Shown here: positions 12,569-25,248 of the stretch, piece by piece
How the letters are laid out: the number at the start of each line of letters is the position of its first letter
Numbering within the stretch: position 1 is the first letter of the stretch
Assembly (NCBI RefSeq): GCF_009914755.1
Contig: NC_060931.1
Strand: one strand, 5' to 3'
Length of the DNA stretch: 64,000 nt
From: the human T2T-CHM13v2.0 reference genome, Homo sapiens
Notes under the pieces: generated by a model
Database searches by the model: none
The model's input: the letters and a program-made list of their open reading frames with translations, nothing else
Told to the model about the DNA's origin: nothing
Program-made: the position numbers and the translations under genes

Positions 12569-14087
12569 GGTTTTTTAAAATACTGTTTTTAGATGAAAAG
12601 AATAAGTAATCTTTAAACAACATACATGAAGAAAGCATAGGTCTGAGAATTACAATAACCACTGAACAAGAGACTGCTGCTTTCACAACTAAGAGCACAA
12701 CTCCATGCTACTTAGACATTGTTTGACTCCTTTTTCTTTGCACTTGCTTTCTGAAATACAGATTAATGTGAAGTTCTACAGTGATGTTTTACATTTGTCA
12801 CAAATGTCCTTCCACGCTTAACAAGTATTAGACAACTTCCTTCCCCCTTGTTGAATCAGGATGGCAGCTGATACATAGGGTACAGTCTACAATATATCAA
12901 GACAACTGTCCTCTGCTACAGATCTACTAAAACAGACACTGATATGTTTTCCTCCATGAGATAAAGACTCTCTCATCTCCCAGGAACACTGGCGTGGGGT
13001 TGACAAAGGGAAGACACTTCATGCAGCCCATGGCATCAAGACTTCTCCTACTCAAGGTATTTTTCATCATGTCAATCTCATTACTACTATCCCTCTAGAA
13101 AGAACAAGATCCTGCACTGCAACTTCAGCCAGGCTACGGGCATGCAATAGCGGGGAGCATTCTTCAGGAGCTCTGGCCTGACACAATACCTTGCTGTGCC
13201 TCAGATTTAAAACAGGTAGAGAAAAGAGAGGATCAAGGAAACAACACCATATTGACATATGCACAGCACACCACTCACTGGCAGTTTCCCAAACACTTCC
13301 ATATTCATGATTTCATTGAGTCTCTATTGACTTTGACAAGAAAGGAAGATGTTGTTTTTCCAATTTATTGACGAAGAAACTGACAAGGAAATTGATAAAA
13401 CTCAGAGAGGTTAAATGGCTTTTTAGAGATCAGCAGCATAGCGCTTTTTCTTTTATGTGACACTGTTTAACCGTCAAAATGACCTGTTTTCCCCAACTAC
13501 TTTTAAAAGCCATAACCAAATATATACACAGTAGGTAAAAATTTGTTTCATGTATCCCCAAAAGAAGTCCTTAGTCTATTCCCTGTATCATTAAAGTTTC
13601 CTGAGGAGAATACTAAGGATTAATTTAATATGTTCAAAATGCATCAGAGTATAACCTGAATTTTGATTCCCACTAATTCCTCCCCATTTTGGTTTACCCT
13701 TCCCCAACTGAATTAAGAATGGGTGTTGAGGAAACATTAAGAAAATGTGAAAAAAGTAACTTGCACCTGGAAATACATAGTTCATAGCATTCATCATGTA
13801 AAGAAACAGAAATCACTACTTTTCTCAAGGCCTGTCATATTCAAAGAAATGTTTTTGGGTAATATTCCATATAAACTAGTATTATGGTTCTGCTGCAATC
13901 ACCACCCAGTGGGTTATTCAAGTCCTCTTCCTCTCCTTCAGTTAGGAGTCCCAGACTGTGGACAGTGTGGACCCCAGAGTTCAAAAGATGTGAGTCAGAG
14001 TCCCAGGGAAGTATTTGAGTTTGTCAGTGGTTCTGCTAATGAAGGTAATGGACGGTAGTATTTAAGGACTTTTCCAGAGGCAGCCTA

Positions 14088-14279
14088 TCATCATCCAAAA
14101 GAACTTTCTGTGATAATGGAGATGCTCTACATCTGCATGATCCTATGTGACAGCCACTGGCTACATGTGACAACTGAGCACTGAACAGTATATAGTGCAA
14201 TGGAGAAACTATAAATTTTTAATTTTATTTACATTTAATTCGTTTAAATTTAAAAATAAAGAGCCATATGTGGACAGCA
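14088..14279. mobile_element. hAT-Charlie MITE, MER3-like
   Basis: TCCAAAAGAACTTTCTGTGATAATGGAGATGCTCT..CAGCCACTGGCTACATGTG..TGAGCAC..TTTAATTTTATTT..TGGACAGCA. Confidence 0.7.
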
Positions 14280-15914
14280 AAATTCTAGAATTACGACCTC
14301 ACTCCACACAGGAATCATAGCCCAGTTTGTTTTCACAGGGCTCGCAGACCTCGAGACCCCTAGATGTAACAGAGCATGGGCTTTGGAGGCTGACACACTA
14401 GAGTCTCTTACCCAACCTACACAACCTTGAAATTGTACTTTACTGAGCCTCGGCTTCTTCATCTCTATAATGGGAATCTCAACACCAAACTCTCAGGATG
14501 GCCTCCCTCACACTGTGTCCAGCACACAGACACTGTAAAAATTAGTTCTCTCTTCAGTCCTCCTTCATCCTTCTCAGTCTAAAAGAACTACATATTTAGA
14601 ACTTAGCGGCCAATTATGAGATATAATTTCATGAACAATCTATAAAAATGTTTGCATTTCTTAGAAGTAATGAAAAGAAAAATATCACATTGGGGTTACA
14701 TTATAATTTGGTAAAAACTGTATGGAATTGAAGAATTATAAATTGTATTCATGTTTAAATATTTGGTTAATCAGTGAGCCAGAAAGCTAAAGTCTGCTGT
14801 TCTCTTATCTTACCAAGCATGACATTCTATAATAGAGACAAACCCACATAAAATTGTTTAAATGCTACTTTCTATGATGTAGTATTCACAAATAGCAGAT
14901 TTGGAGACTCTCTACATTCCTGTGTAAGGAGGCGCTACCCAGCATTGTTCTAGTGCTCAATAAATATTTGATTAATGTCAAATAGATGAAGTTCAGAAGA
15001 AATTACTGACATACTTAATTATATACTTGGCTATAAAGACTATTAAAAAACCACACACACACAAATTATTCACTATATATTCAAGGTAGTTTTATTTACA
15101 AAGAAAGAAAATGGACAACCACCTTAACCTTTCATATTAGAATATATAAGTAAAGACAAATTAATTCAATAAAATATCATGTAGCTATTAAAATATGTAT
15201 TGAGAATTTATGAGACAAGTTTATAGTATGAAAAGGAAATCAGATTGTAAAATTATATATAGCTTGATTTTAAAAGTTAACATACGTGAAAAAAAGTTTT
15301 TTTTAATGTTATCTTCATTAGCAGACAGGGAAACATGTAATTTTTCTCCTTCACACTTTTTCCTATCTTCCTAGATTTCTGTGAGTATGTATGACTTTTA
15401 TATTGGGAGGTGAGACTCAAATTTTTTTTTAATTATTCACTATGGTTGAGCCCTAGTCATCTTTCTTTCCCGTCATTTGAGAGCAGCTCACAGTATTGTG
15501 GGAGGACAACAGCTCAAACCACAAAACCTCATATGTGTTTTGGCCTCCAACAGCCTGGCAACCAAGCAATGAGAGTAATTACAGAGTGCTTATCCAATAC
15601 CCACCTTGTAGCGGCCATGGGAGACGTCATTTTCCCCTTCCTGCCCTGGACATGGTACACTGCCGGCCAGATTCTACACCAGCTGTTGGCTTACTCTCCA
15701 GAGGTATGAACATTTTAAGGGTTAAAAGAAAGCACCACTCTATAGCAACTACATACCTGTGTAATCCATTTGAAAGATCTTCATTTAGCATCAAGGATTT
15801 TTAAAATAGGAAATCTGTGGTCAAATAATTTTTATAATAATTATTTGGAGATAATGTAAGGAAAACTCTCACAGTTCAGGGATTAGAGCACCCTAACTCT
15901 GCCCTGGTATGCTG

Positions 15915-16238
15915 ATGAGCCTGAATAGAAGTTTACCAGGCAAAGCAGAAACAGAGGGATATTTCAGACGGAGAGAGCTGTCAATGCACAGATTTGGGTG
16001 TCCTGGTATAATCAAGGAAGTGTGGCATGACTTCCGCTAAGGCTAAAGCACAGGGCATGTGCTGAAAAGCACAGGAGGAGTTCTTGGAAAAGCAGACAAG
16101 GGCCAGGCCATGAAAACACCTTGCAAGCCATCCTAAAGGATTTGGACTTGATCCCGTGTGACCAATGACAATGATTTTAAGCATTTAAATGATTAGCACA
16201 TAAGGATGGTCTCTTTGGCTATAGTGGAGAGGATGAAT
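15915..16238 (-). mobile_element. L2 fragment
   Basis: Purine-rich antisense L2 motifs: AAGGGCCAGGCCATG..CCTTGCAAGCCATCCTAAAGGATTTGGACTTGATCC..TTTTAAGCA..CTTTGGCTATAGTGGAGAGGATG. Confidence 0.55.
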
Positions 16239-16240
16239 CT

Positions 16241-16392
16241 AGTAAGGCCTATAAATTGTCCTCAAAATGTTTTTAAATGCATAAAATATATAGAAACTAA
16301 ATATACACTGAAGTGCAGTATATAATACAATACTGACTATAATAATACTGAAATGCAGTTATCTCCATGGAAGCCCAGGTTAAAATTCTCTG
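16241..16392. mobile_element. Charlie4z-like hAT fragment
   Basis: AATGTTTTTAAATGCATAAAAT..TGAAATGCAGTTATC..CCCAGGTTAA, related to the 6635-7053 element. Confidence 0.45.
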
Positions 16393-16394
16393 GC

Positions 16395-16525
16395 TTTCAA
16401 CCTTTAAACTTGTATCAGAATCACTTAGGAGAACCTGTAAGAACAGATGGCTGAGCTGCACCTCCACATTCTCAGATTGTGCTGATGCTTCTGGTCTTGG
16501 GAATAATACATTTAGGAACCATTTA
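16395..16525. mobile_element. MER5A-like hAT MITE (internally deleted)
   Basis: TGTATCAGAATCACTTAGGAG..ACAGATGGCTG..TGCTGATGCTTCTGGTC..TTTAGGAACCA. Confidence 0.55.
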
Positions 16526-17379
16526 CTAGGGTGATGCCCAAGTTTCTAGCTAGAAACCTATATGGACTTGGTACTACTCATGGTCTTACTTATCTCTGTA
16601 TCCCTAGCACCTATTGCTTATACATAGTATGAATTTCCAATAAATACTTTTTGAACAAATGAAGTAGGAATATAGACACAACAGTAAATTTAGCACTTAA
16701 TCTGTGTGGAAAAGTTATACCTTTCTTTGGTTTTTGTTGTGCTTTTTAAAATAGTCCTTGGAATTCCAAAACACAATGAATTTTGATCAAATACAAGAAC
16801 TGATAAGGTTCATAAAATAATCTTCAAGATACTAGTTATATACTTACAGTATTGCATTTACTTTTCTAAATAATACTTGGGCAATCAATGCTGTTAAAAT
16901 GCTAAATCCTCTTTATTCATATATAAGAAGTCTCTCTTTTACTAAGGTTATCAGTGTCAAATACTGAAAATTTCAAAGAAACTATCACTTTTAATATACT
17001 TAGCAAATTTCAAAGGGTATTTCAATAAAAGTAGTTAGAGAAGCTTTGTAATAAATGGCTAAAAACTATTTTTAATGAGCTTCTCAATTGTTTGGTTATA
17101 AATGGATGTTTCTCAAGCTCCTGACAGCACTTAAAAATCATTTGTTTCCATAAGTATTTTAAATATTCCTTGCCCATTCTCTTTTACTACTAGCACAGTT
17201 TAAGGTTTACACGGCAGGTAAAGTTCAGCCCAGCTTCATCTAAGTTACTACAAGCCAACTAAATGAATCCCATTACTGAAGCCAGCAATATTTACCAAGT
17301 GGCCTGCTCTGTGTTGGTTGCTATGAAGGATGTAACAGAAGCCAAACAGTTGGTCACAATTTATACTTGTGAATGTAAC

Positions 17380-18060
17380 CAAATGCCTTCAGTATCCTCC
17401 CTACCAGTACATCACTGCAAATACGCCCTCCTAGAAATATGTTATTGTCTCATAAAATGATGTTCTAGCATCTTTTCAAGTCTCTACCACTCTACAAAAC
17501 CCTACCACCATCTCATTACTTGACTGGCGCTGCCTTTCTTCCCTTCCCAATCTTTCTCACATCTGCATCTCTTCTTCCTCCCGCCCTCAACATCCCTGTT
17601 CAGGCCCCTATCACGTAGTCTCTGCAGCAGTCCCTCAACCCTTCTCATCCTCATCGCTCCCTGGTGCGTGTCCACCACCTTTATCACCACCACTCCCATT
17701 CTCAAATGCATTCATAGCCCAACCTGGTCTGGCATAAGTCCTCCATTATTTGATTCCATCCTGAGTTTCTAACCTATGTTTTTCCTACTTCTCTAAACAC
17801 ACTCCTCAACTACAGACAAACGGCCCTACTTCCTCCTGTCAAAACACAGTTCGTACTTCCGTATTTCTTTTGCTCTAACAGTTGTCTCCCTGACAAGGAT
17901 GTGTCACGTTCCGTCCAAGTCTTATCCATCTGTTGGGATCTAGCACTTATATGACCCTCCTACCCCAGACGCTTTCCCTATCCCAATAACAATTCTGTCT
18001 TCCCACATTTCCACAAAATAGTCACAATTTGGGGTAACTGCATATACCTTCCCTCTGTAG
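17380..18060 (+). mobile_element. Degenerate L2 fragment(s)
   Basis: Pyrimidine-rich sequence with L2-like motifs (CCAACCTGGTCTGGCATAAG, CTTCCGTATTTCTTTGCTC). Confidence 0.35.
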
Positions 18061-18090
18061 CCAGGATGTAAGCTTCTAAAACAAGCATTT

Positions 18091-18210
18091 TGTATTATAC
18101 TTATGTATAATAATACATAATATTATGTATATATATACATAATATATATACATAATGTATATACATATACACATATATATATACACACATAATGTATATA
18201 ATACATAATA
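18091..18210. repeat. AT-rich (TA/TACA) low-complexity microsatellite
   Basis: Directly visible. Confidence 0.9.
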
Positions 18211-18433
18211 ATCCCAAATACCCGAATCCCAAATCCCAAAACCCAAAATCCAAAATGCTCCCAAATCCAAAATTTCTGGAGTACCAACATGACACTCCAA
18301 TGAGCATTTCAGGCTTATAGATTTGGGATGCTCAACCAGTAAATATAATGCAAATATTTAAAAATCAAAACAAAAATGTGAAATATGAAACGCTTCTGGT
18401 CCCAAGCATTTCAGATAAAGACTACTCAACCTG
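18207..18433 (+). mobile_element. Tigger4a/MER46-like TcMar-Tigger MITE
   Basis: ATCCAAAATGCTCC..GGGATGCTCAACCAGTAAATATAATGCAAATATT..CTTCTGGTCCCAAGCATTTCAGATAAAGACTACTCAACCTG followed by TA. Confidence 0.8.
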
Positions 18434-20539
18434 TATTCTCCTCTGTCTATCTCAGTGCACTGCAGTCAGAGCAAGGGCTCCAAGTATATCCGACTCTGTG
18501 ACTCAGCTCATCTGTAAACAGAGGCTCCTGCTTTACCTCTCTCAGAGGGCTTTTGTGAATATCAAATGAGATGATAAGATGTTTCTTTTGAAAACACTCT
18601 GCAAATTGAATTGGTGGGATAATTTAATTGAGAAGGCAAATGTACACTCACACAATGCCAGAGAACAGTATGATATCTAGATCTTAACAGTATTAAAATG
18701 CCACAGGAATCCAAAGACAGTACAAACCACATCAGGTTCCATGGGATTCTTGGGGCAAATTTTCCCTGAAGAGAATGATTTGATGCAAGCTCTGAGGGAG
18801 GAGCAACTAAGACAAAGGAAACCTATCAAGCTGGCCCAATCTCTGGAAAGTATCTTAATCTATTTAGTAAATCAGCAAGACTCTGAACATGGCAGTCAGA
18901 GGTTACACAGAAATCTGAACAGCCCTGGGTTATCTCCTTAAGCAGGCACCCCCACTGCCCCAGCCAGAGGTCAGTGGCCACTGCAGGAAAGAAAACAGAA
19001 TGTTCCTTCAGCAGGGAACAACAATTAATTTGTCAAACTTTAGCTTTCTATACACTTATCTTTCGAAACAACTTACTTGTACTTGGCTATAGCCTCTATT
19101 AAAGATCCTATCGCGGCATTCATCAGTTTACATTTCATCAGTTTTTCCTGAGAATGAAGGCTGAGCAAATATTTTCACGGGCTAACATCGACTCTGAGCT
19201 CTATTAAGCAGGACTCGAGGCCCCCCATCAAGATCACCACTGTGGCCCTGTACCTCTTGTTCTCTGGTATAGACATTTAACTAATATTTGCAGGGGGACA
19301 GAAAGACTTAACAACTCAAGTGAGTCATAGGCTTTAATAATTAAGTTAGCCTTGAAAGCAGACATGTACTTTTGTAAGTGGCAAATTTCCTACTGATTCC
19401 TTTCCTGTTATGATGTCTACCTGGCGACCGCTAGTCAGTCTTCAAATAGACCCCATATACAAATATTTCTAGAACACTGAACATATTTGTTACTACCTAT
19501 ATAAGTCCAATATAAAAGAAAAGGTTGAGAAAAAAAAAGTCTGTGGACTTGTTTTAAAACTTGCTGCACTTGTTTTAAAAACTGAATAGGATGTATGCCC
19601 ATTGCAAAATCCACGTAAGAAAATTTCATACACTGTACCAGGTAACCTGGATGCTAACAGCATGAAACAATCTGGCCAGACACATAGTAATGGGAAGGAA
19701 AGATACATAGATCTTTCATGTCTGGCATGGAAAACCTAATAGAAAGCTACACTTCCTATAAATTTTAATTAGACTAGAAAGGGTAACCAGAGAATTTTGC
19801 TTTGACCCTGGGATCTGTCTTTATCATTGTGTCAACCTGTGAAACACAAAAGCAGCATATTCATTCTGCATTCCAATGTCAAGCAGCAAATTTTTTAGGG
19901 TAGGAAAAAAAGGCAGTCTGTACTGACTAGAGAGGTTGGGCTGATTTATGTGATGTCAGAGATGCTTTACTTATGGAAGGAAGGTAGGTTAAGCTCTCCT
20001 GGGGATGACTTGAGCTCTGGTACAGTCTCTCTGGAACACTTAAATAATATCAATAGTTCACTTATGACATTTACACATCTTGGTTAATGTGGCATAACAA
20101 AACTGGAGAACCTTTATGCCAAGGTAATTTTTTTCCACAGTGACTGTAAGTAAAGGATAACAAAACGCCTGCATCCTGAGCATCCTAACTACAGAGAATT
20201 CTGAACTCACAGTTGCTACTCCCCATCCAGACTGGTTTCAACTTCCCAAGATCTTAAGATTTGGAGGATAGAAATGGGGGTGTACTGTTACTAATGTGTT
20301 TGTATAAAAGCTTGTGAAAAAGTTTCCCTTTGTATGACAGTATAAGTACAAACAATTGATTTAAAAAATGATAATGTAAATTTTTTATATGTGTCACAAT
20401 TTTTATTTTGCGTATTCCCAAAGAAAGTAAGTAATTCCAAATAGCGTGAAGCCTCATTTATCTGGCATCAAGAGAGCAGAGCTCTGGAGGAGTGGTTTCC
20501 TGAATAACAAACACTCTGCCATTCATTTGCCTGGAGTGG

Positions 20540-21012
20540 AAGTGTTGTCTCTGCCTGCCAGCACTCCTCCCCTGCAGAGCCTCCCCTCCTCCACTCTGCA
20601 GGGCCTGGGCTGGGCTGTCACTCTTGGTACCCCAGCCCCCTTGCCTCAGAGGAAACACATGACTCAGACTGGACCAAGCTCTCATCATCCCCCTGGATAC
20701 AGTGGTACAACCAGAAGTAGGAATGTGACCCAAGCAGGACCTGTGCCCTTTCACTTAGTTTTGTGTATAGATGTTGGGAGGAAGAGAGTGTCTGTCTGTC
20801 TCTTTCTTTCTCTCTCTCTCTCTCTCTCTCTCTCCCCCCTCTCCCTGCCACCCACACACCCCACTCCCCTCTCTCTTTTTCTATCCAAAATCCTAACCAT
20901 GTAAACTTGGAGCAAAAGCAACGGAGTCCTAAGAAACTCCATATAACCTCTGCCCCTGGACTACTTTGAGGAGGGTTTTTATCACTTTCAACTAAAAGAA
21001 TACTGGTTCACA
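20540..21012 (+). mobile_element. ERVL solo LTR, LTR16-like, with internal (TC)n at ~20800-20835
   Basis: CACATGACTCAGACTGGACCAA..CCCCTGGATACAGTG..ATGTGACCCAAGCAGGACC and 3' GGGTTTTTATCACTTTCAACTAAAAGAATACTG. Confidence 0.5.
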
Positions 21013-21889
21013 CAATGTACAAAGTTCATCTGGCTAAACTTTACCTGATGTTATAGGAAACCTCAAAATGAACAGCATGCTTCTCTACCTTGAAAAAAGA
21101 AGCCATAGTAAACACGATTTTATCTTTTTTATCTAGTCACTTACTTAAACCCTAACATATAATGTTCTCAAGCACTATTGAATTATCCAAGGACACTTGA
21201 CTTTCCAGTAAATAGGCAGACACTTCTTTGTAACAGATTTCTTTGTTCATTATACTGTATGCAACGTAACACTGCCTGAGTGTGGGGAGCCAGACGTCAA
21301 CTTATCCTCCTTTGTAGCTGCTACTGCCTCTACTGCCATATCCTACAACAACTTTTAGGTGGGTTTTTCCTAAACAATTAATCATTTACCAAAAAGGAAT
21401 AAATTAAGACACGGCAAGCTAGTTATTAGGAATGACTAATCACATCATGTCCTTTGTCTCACAAGGAACAGAGCTTCACTCAAGTTATAAGACAAACAAA
21501 TAAAAAGAATGGGTTTGGGGGAACCACTCTGACGTGGCCTAACCCCCATACCCCAGCATCCTGCCCTCCTCCCTCCCCTCCCCATTTTCTCCCTTCCTCT
21601 GTGCACAGCATGCTCCACTCTCATCAATGCCCTGGCCAACAAGGCATCTTTGTTGCCTGCATCCTTTAATGACTACCCTCTTCCCTGGGCTATAAATCTC
21701 CTTTCTCATAGCTAACTGACTTAATCTCCAACTTCTCAGGTATAACGTCCTAAAAGAGAAATTTGGCCTAGCTCTTTATGACCTAAGCCAAAATCATGCC
21801 AATGTCAGCCAATGAATGGTTGTCTTTCGGTTGTGTGCACATTCCTGGCACAAGTGGCATTTATTGACTTATTATTTATTTAATTATTT

Positions 21890-22120
21890 ATTTAACATTT
21901 ACATAGAGCATAGTATAGGCAAGGCAGATACTCTTCTCAGCGATTTACAAATATTGATTAATTTAATAGTCATAATAAATCAATGAAATAATTATTACCC
22001 CATTTTACAAATGAAGAAACTAAGGCTTAGAGAGGTTAAGTAAATTGCCCCAGACCCACAGCCAGTAAGTAGACTTGAACTGCCTGGTGACAGAAGTTAT
22101 ACTCTCAACCTTTATGCCAT
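21890..22120 (-). mobile_element. MIR SINE
   Basis: ATTATTACCCCATTTTACAAATGAAGAAACTAAGGCTTAGAGAGGTTAAGTAAATTGCCC. Confidence 0.8.
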
Positions 22121-22297
22121 GGAAAAATTCATGATCAGTTAGAACTGCAAGGGGCTAAGCAAGCACACACATTGATATGTGTCTAGCACATATTCATCCA
22201 TCCTTTCATCCAAGTGTTTTGAGCATTTATTATGTACCAAACACATTTTAGTCCCTGAGAAGACAGCAGTAAACAAAACACACACAGACCCTATCTT

Positions 22298-22581
22298 GGC
22301 CAGGCCCAGAGGCTCATGCGTATAATCCCCAACACTTTGGAAGGCTAAGGTGGAGAATTGCTTGAGGCCAGGAGTTCAAGACCAGCCTGGACAACATAGA
22401 GAAACACCATCACTACCAAAAAAATTTTTTTAATTAGCTGGGTGTGGTGGCGCATGCCTCTAGGAGGCTGAGGTGGGAGAATTGCTTGAGCCAGAAGTTT
22501 GAAGGTGTAGTGAGCTATGATCAAGCCACTGCACTCCAGCCTGGGTGACAGAGTGAGACCCTGTCTCTAAAAAAAGAAAAA
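22298..22581 (+). mobile_element. Alu, AluJ-type dimer (short right-arm deletion)
   Basis: Dimer; TSD AGACCCTATCTTG / AGACCCTGTCTTG; sits in an antisense L2 tail. Confidence 0.92.
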
Positions 22582-22984
22582 AGACCCTGTCTTGAAGGCA
22601 TTTGTATTCTAATCATATTAATATCACCCTGCACATCTTTACTGGTTATATAGCAAGCTTAGTGTTCTTTAAATATATACATATATAACTGTCTTAAAGT
22701 CTGCATATAACCATATTAATAAAGTACACATTTTATAAACATTTGAAAACTGAATTAATAATAATACTCATAGCTGTTATTCTCTAATCTATCTGGATTA
22801 CTTACTCTGTGCCAGGAACTATACTAAGTATGTACTGCTTCATTTATATACTCTATACACACACACACGACTTTGTGTTCTATCTAAAATTCAACACATG
22901 GAAAAGTCTCTCATCTCTCCAATCTTAGAATTAGTCAGAGAGCCTGTTTTACACTCAATACTTACAATTATTTTTAAAAACCTT

Positions 22985-23150
22985 TCTGGGGCATTAAGTA
23001 TGCCAGACATCATGCTAAATGCATTGCATGCCTTACTTGTTGAATCTTTGTGACCATCCTGAAGTGGGTACTGTTATTTCATCACACAGATGAGGAAGCT
23101 AAGGCTTAAATACCTAGTAAGTGGCAAAGCCAGAATATGCTCCATTTGAG
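22985..23150 (-). mobile_element. MIR SINE
   Basis: TATGCCAGACATCATGCTAAATGC..ACAGATGAGGAAGCTAAGGCTTA..CTAGTAAGTGGCAAAGCCAG. Confidence 0.7.
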
Positions 23151-23380
23151 CTCCACTACAGAGTACTGGGAAAATGTCTCTTACTGGTAATGGACATGTT
23201 ATTACAACCTGGTGAAACATAGAACTATCCATTAAGGAGTAAAAATTTGTTATCTTTCTAAGAACTGGCATCAGCAGAAACTGCCTAGTTAATATTAATA
23301 TTATGTAGAATATCAAGTTTGGGCTTCAATCTATGGCTAGAAGGAAAAAATTGCCCACTACATGTGTACAAAGTTAACTT

Positions 23381-23818
23381 CTTTAAAAATTATTTTTATG
23401 TGTACAAGTTTATGGGGTATATGAGAAATTTTGTTACATGTATATAACATGTAGTGATGAAGCCAGGGTATTTAGGGTGCCCGTCACCAGAGCACAGTAC
23501 AGTTTTGTGAAGTACAGTCACCCTACTCTGCTATCAAACACTGAATTTATTTCTTCTATATTTGTGCATGTTTGTAACCTTTAACCTACTTCTCTGCATC
23601 CTCCCCTCTCCCTTCCACTCATCTTTCCCAATCTCTCCTATCTATCTATCTTTCCATGCTCTACGTCCATGTGATCAGATTTTTTAGCTCCCACATATGA
23701 GAACATGCGGAATCTGTCTTTCTGTGCCTGGCTTATTTCACTTAAGATAATGACCTCCAGCTCCATTCATGTTACTGCAAATGATATGATTTCATTGTTG
23801 TTCATGGTGGAATAGTAT

Positions 23819-23864
<46 letters not shown>

Positions 23865-23910
23865 GTGTGTGTATCCCATTTCTTTGGACACTTAGGGTCA
23901 ATTCATGTTT
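23381..23910 (-). mobile_element. L1MA-type 3' fragment
   Basis: TTTTTAGCTCCCACATATGAGAACATGCGG..TCTTTCTGTGCCTGGCTTATTTCACTTAAGATAATGACCTCCAG..CCATTCATGTTACTGCAAATGA. Confidence 0.85.
23821..23872. repeat. (GT)n microsatellite, ~26 units with one GC interruption
   Basis: Directly visible, inside the L1. Confidence 0.95.
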
Positions 23911-24587
23911 TACATATTTATTTCCCTGGGTTACACATTCCAAGATGATAACTATTACTCCCTTCTTTTATCTTGATATTTAAATATCAAGTACATTTCT
24001 TACAGTAATGTAAGGGGAAAAAAATCAAGAAGTACTTAACTTTTGCTGAGAAACTGAATAAAACATAAATTCTGTTAGAGTAGATCAAGGTAAATGAGAA
24101 CACCTAGGAATCATTCAGTAACACAAAGTTGATCAAAGAACCCTACTGCTTAAACATCCTCGTCACGTTTCCCATCCTATGCCAAGCCTTGAGACCCCTT
24201 TGACATCCCTCGCCCCCTCCAAATAACTGCCACTTTCTGTATCTCTAGCACTATCACTATCCTACAAGCACCACTGCTGTTACTGAGGAGTAACTAACTG
24301 AACAGGCCATCATCCCCAACCATTTCTGTCACATCTTTTCTCATCTTCTTAGAGGAAAATCCCTGCTAACTGCTGCTGCTTCTTTTTAATGCCATATCTA
24401 TAAGAGGCAAAGAAAGTGAGGAGCTTTTAAACATCAATGTCCACTATACAATCTGAACTAGGTTTCTTGGGAAACTAAAAGGCATATTTTAAGTATGAAA
24501 TAACCTAGAACTATGCCATTAAAGAATAAAGAAAAAACTGCCAAGAGTGTTTTGTACTTTTTTTACCAAAAGAAAAAACATGCTCTT

Positions 24588-24760
24588 GGGGTATGACTGA
24601 CAAAAAAAAGCTGTACATCTTTAATGTATAGAACTTGGTAAGTTTGGAGGTAAGTATACACACATGAAACCCTCACTACAATCTATGCCACGAGCATATC
24701 CACCGCCTCCAAAAGATTCCTCCTGTCCACTATTATTCTCATTACTATTTTGTGTGTATG
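24588..24760 (-). mobile_element. L1MA/MB 3'-end fragment
   Basis: GGTATGACTGACA..AAGCTGTACATCTTTAATGTATAGAACTTG..AGTTTGGAGGTAAGTATACAC..TGAAACC. Confidence 0.6.
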
Positions 24761-25130
24761 TGCGTACGTTATTCTAAGTAATCACTTTGGAAGACTTACA
24801 CATTTACTTTGCCCATATCATGTCACAGGAGGTACCTTCAGAGCCTACAGTGAATCTAATCTAATCTATGAAATCTAATCATTTCATAGAGGATTTATTT
24901 TAAATTTAAACCTCAATTCTCTCAAGGGAATTGGATGTAACAACCCAGCTAGAACTATTAGTATTTTTTTAAAAAGGGCCTGACCTCGTTGGGCTGTAAG
25001 AAATTCCTAACATGTTTTTACTTGATAATGGTGGCATCACTGAAAAACTGTTAAATGTTTAATGTCACTTCTCTTAGGTGATAATAGTTGCATGGAATAA
25101 TAAATTCTGATAACTATATCTGTTTTAAAT

Positions 25131-25248
25131 TCTTCTTTTTTTTTTTAAGAGACAGAGTCTCGCCATGTTGCCCAGGATGGACTTGAACTCCTGAGTTCAA
25201 GTGATCCTCCTGCCCCAGCCTTCAGAGTAGCTGAGAATATGTGCCAGC
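25131..25248 (-). mobile_element. Alu monomer (FLAM-like), degenerate
   Basis: T-tail, GAGACAGAGTCTCGCCATGTTGCCCAGGATGG..GAACTCCTGAGTTCAAGTGATCCTCCTGCC. Confidence 0.85.

Noticed and set aside
12123-12578. 151-aa ORF, plus ORFs at 4842, 12341, 26767, 28293, 33122, 37427, 39502 and 53210
   Set aside because: These translate Alu sequence ([18 protein letters not shown]-type peptides); not genes.
20446-20969. 152-aa ORF and overlapping ORFs
   Set aside because: They lie in an LTR16-like element and run through a (TC)n microsatellite.
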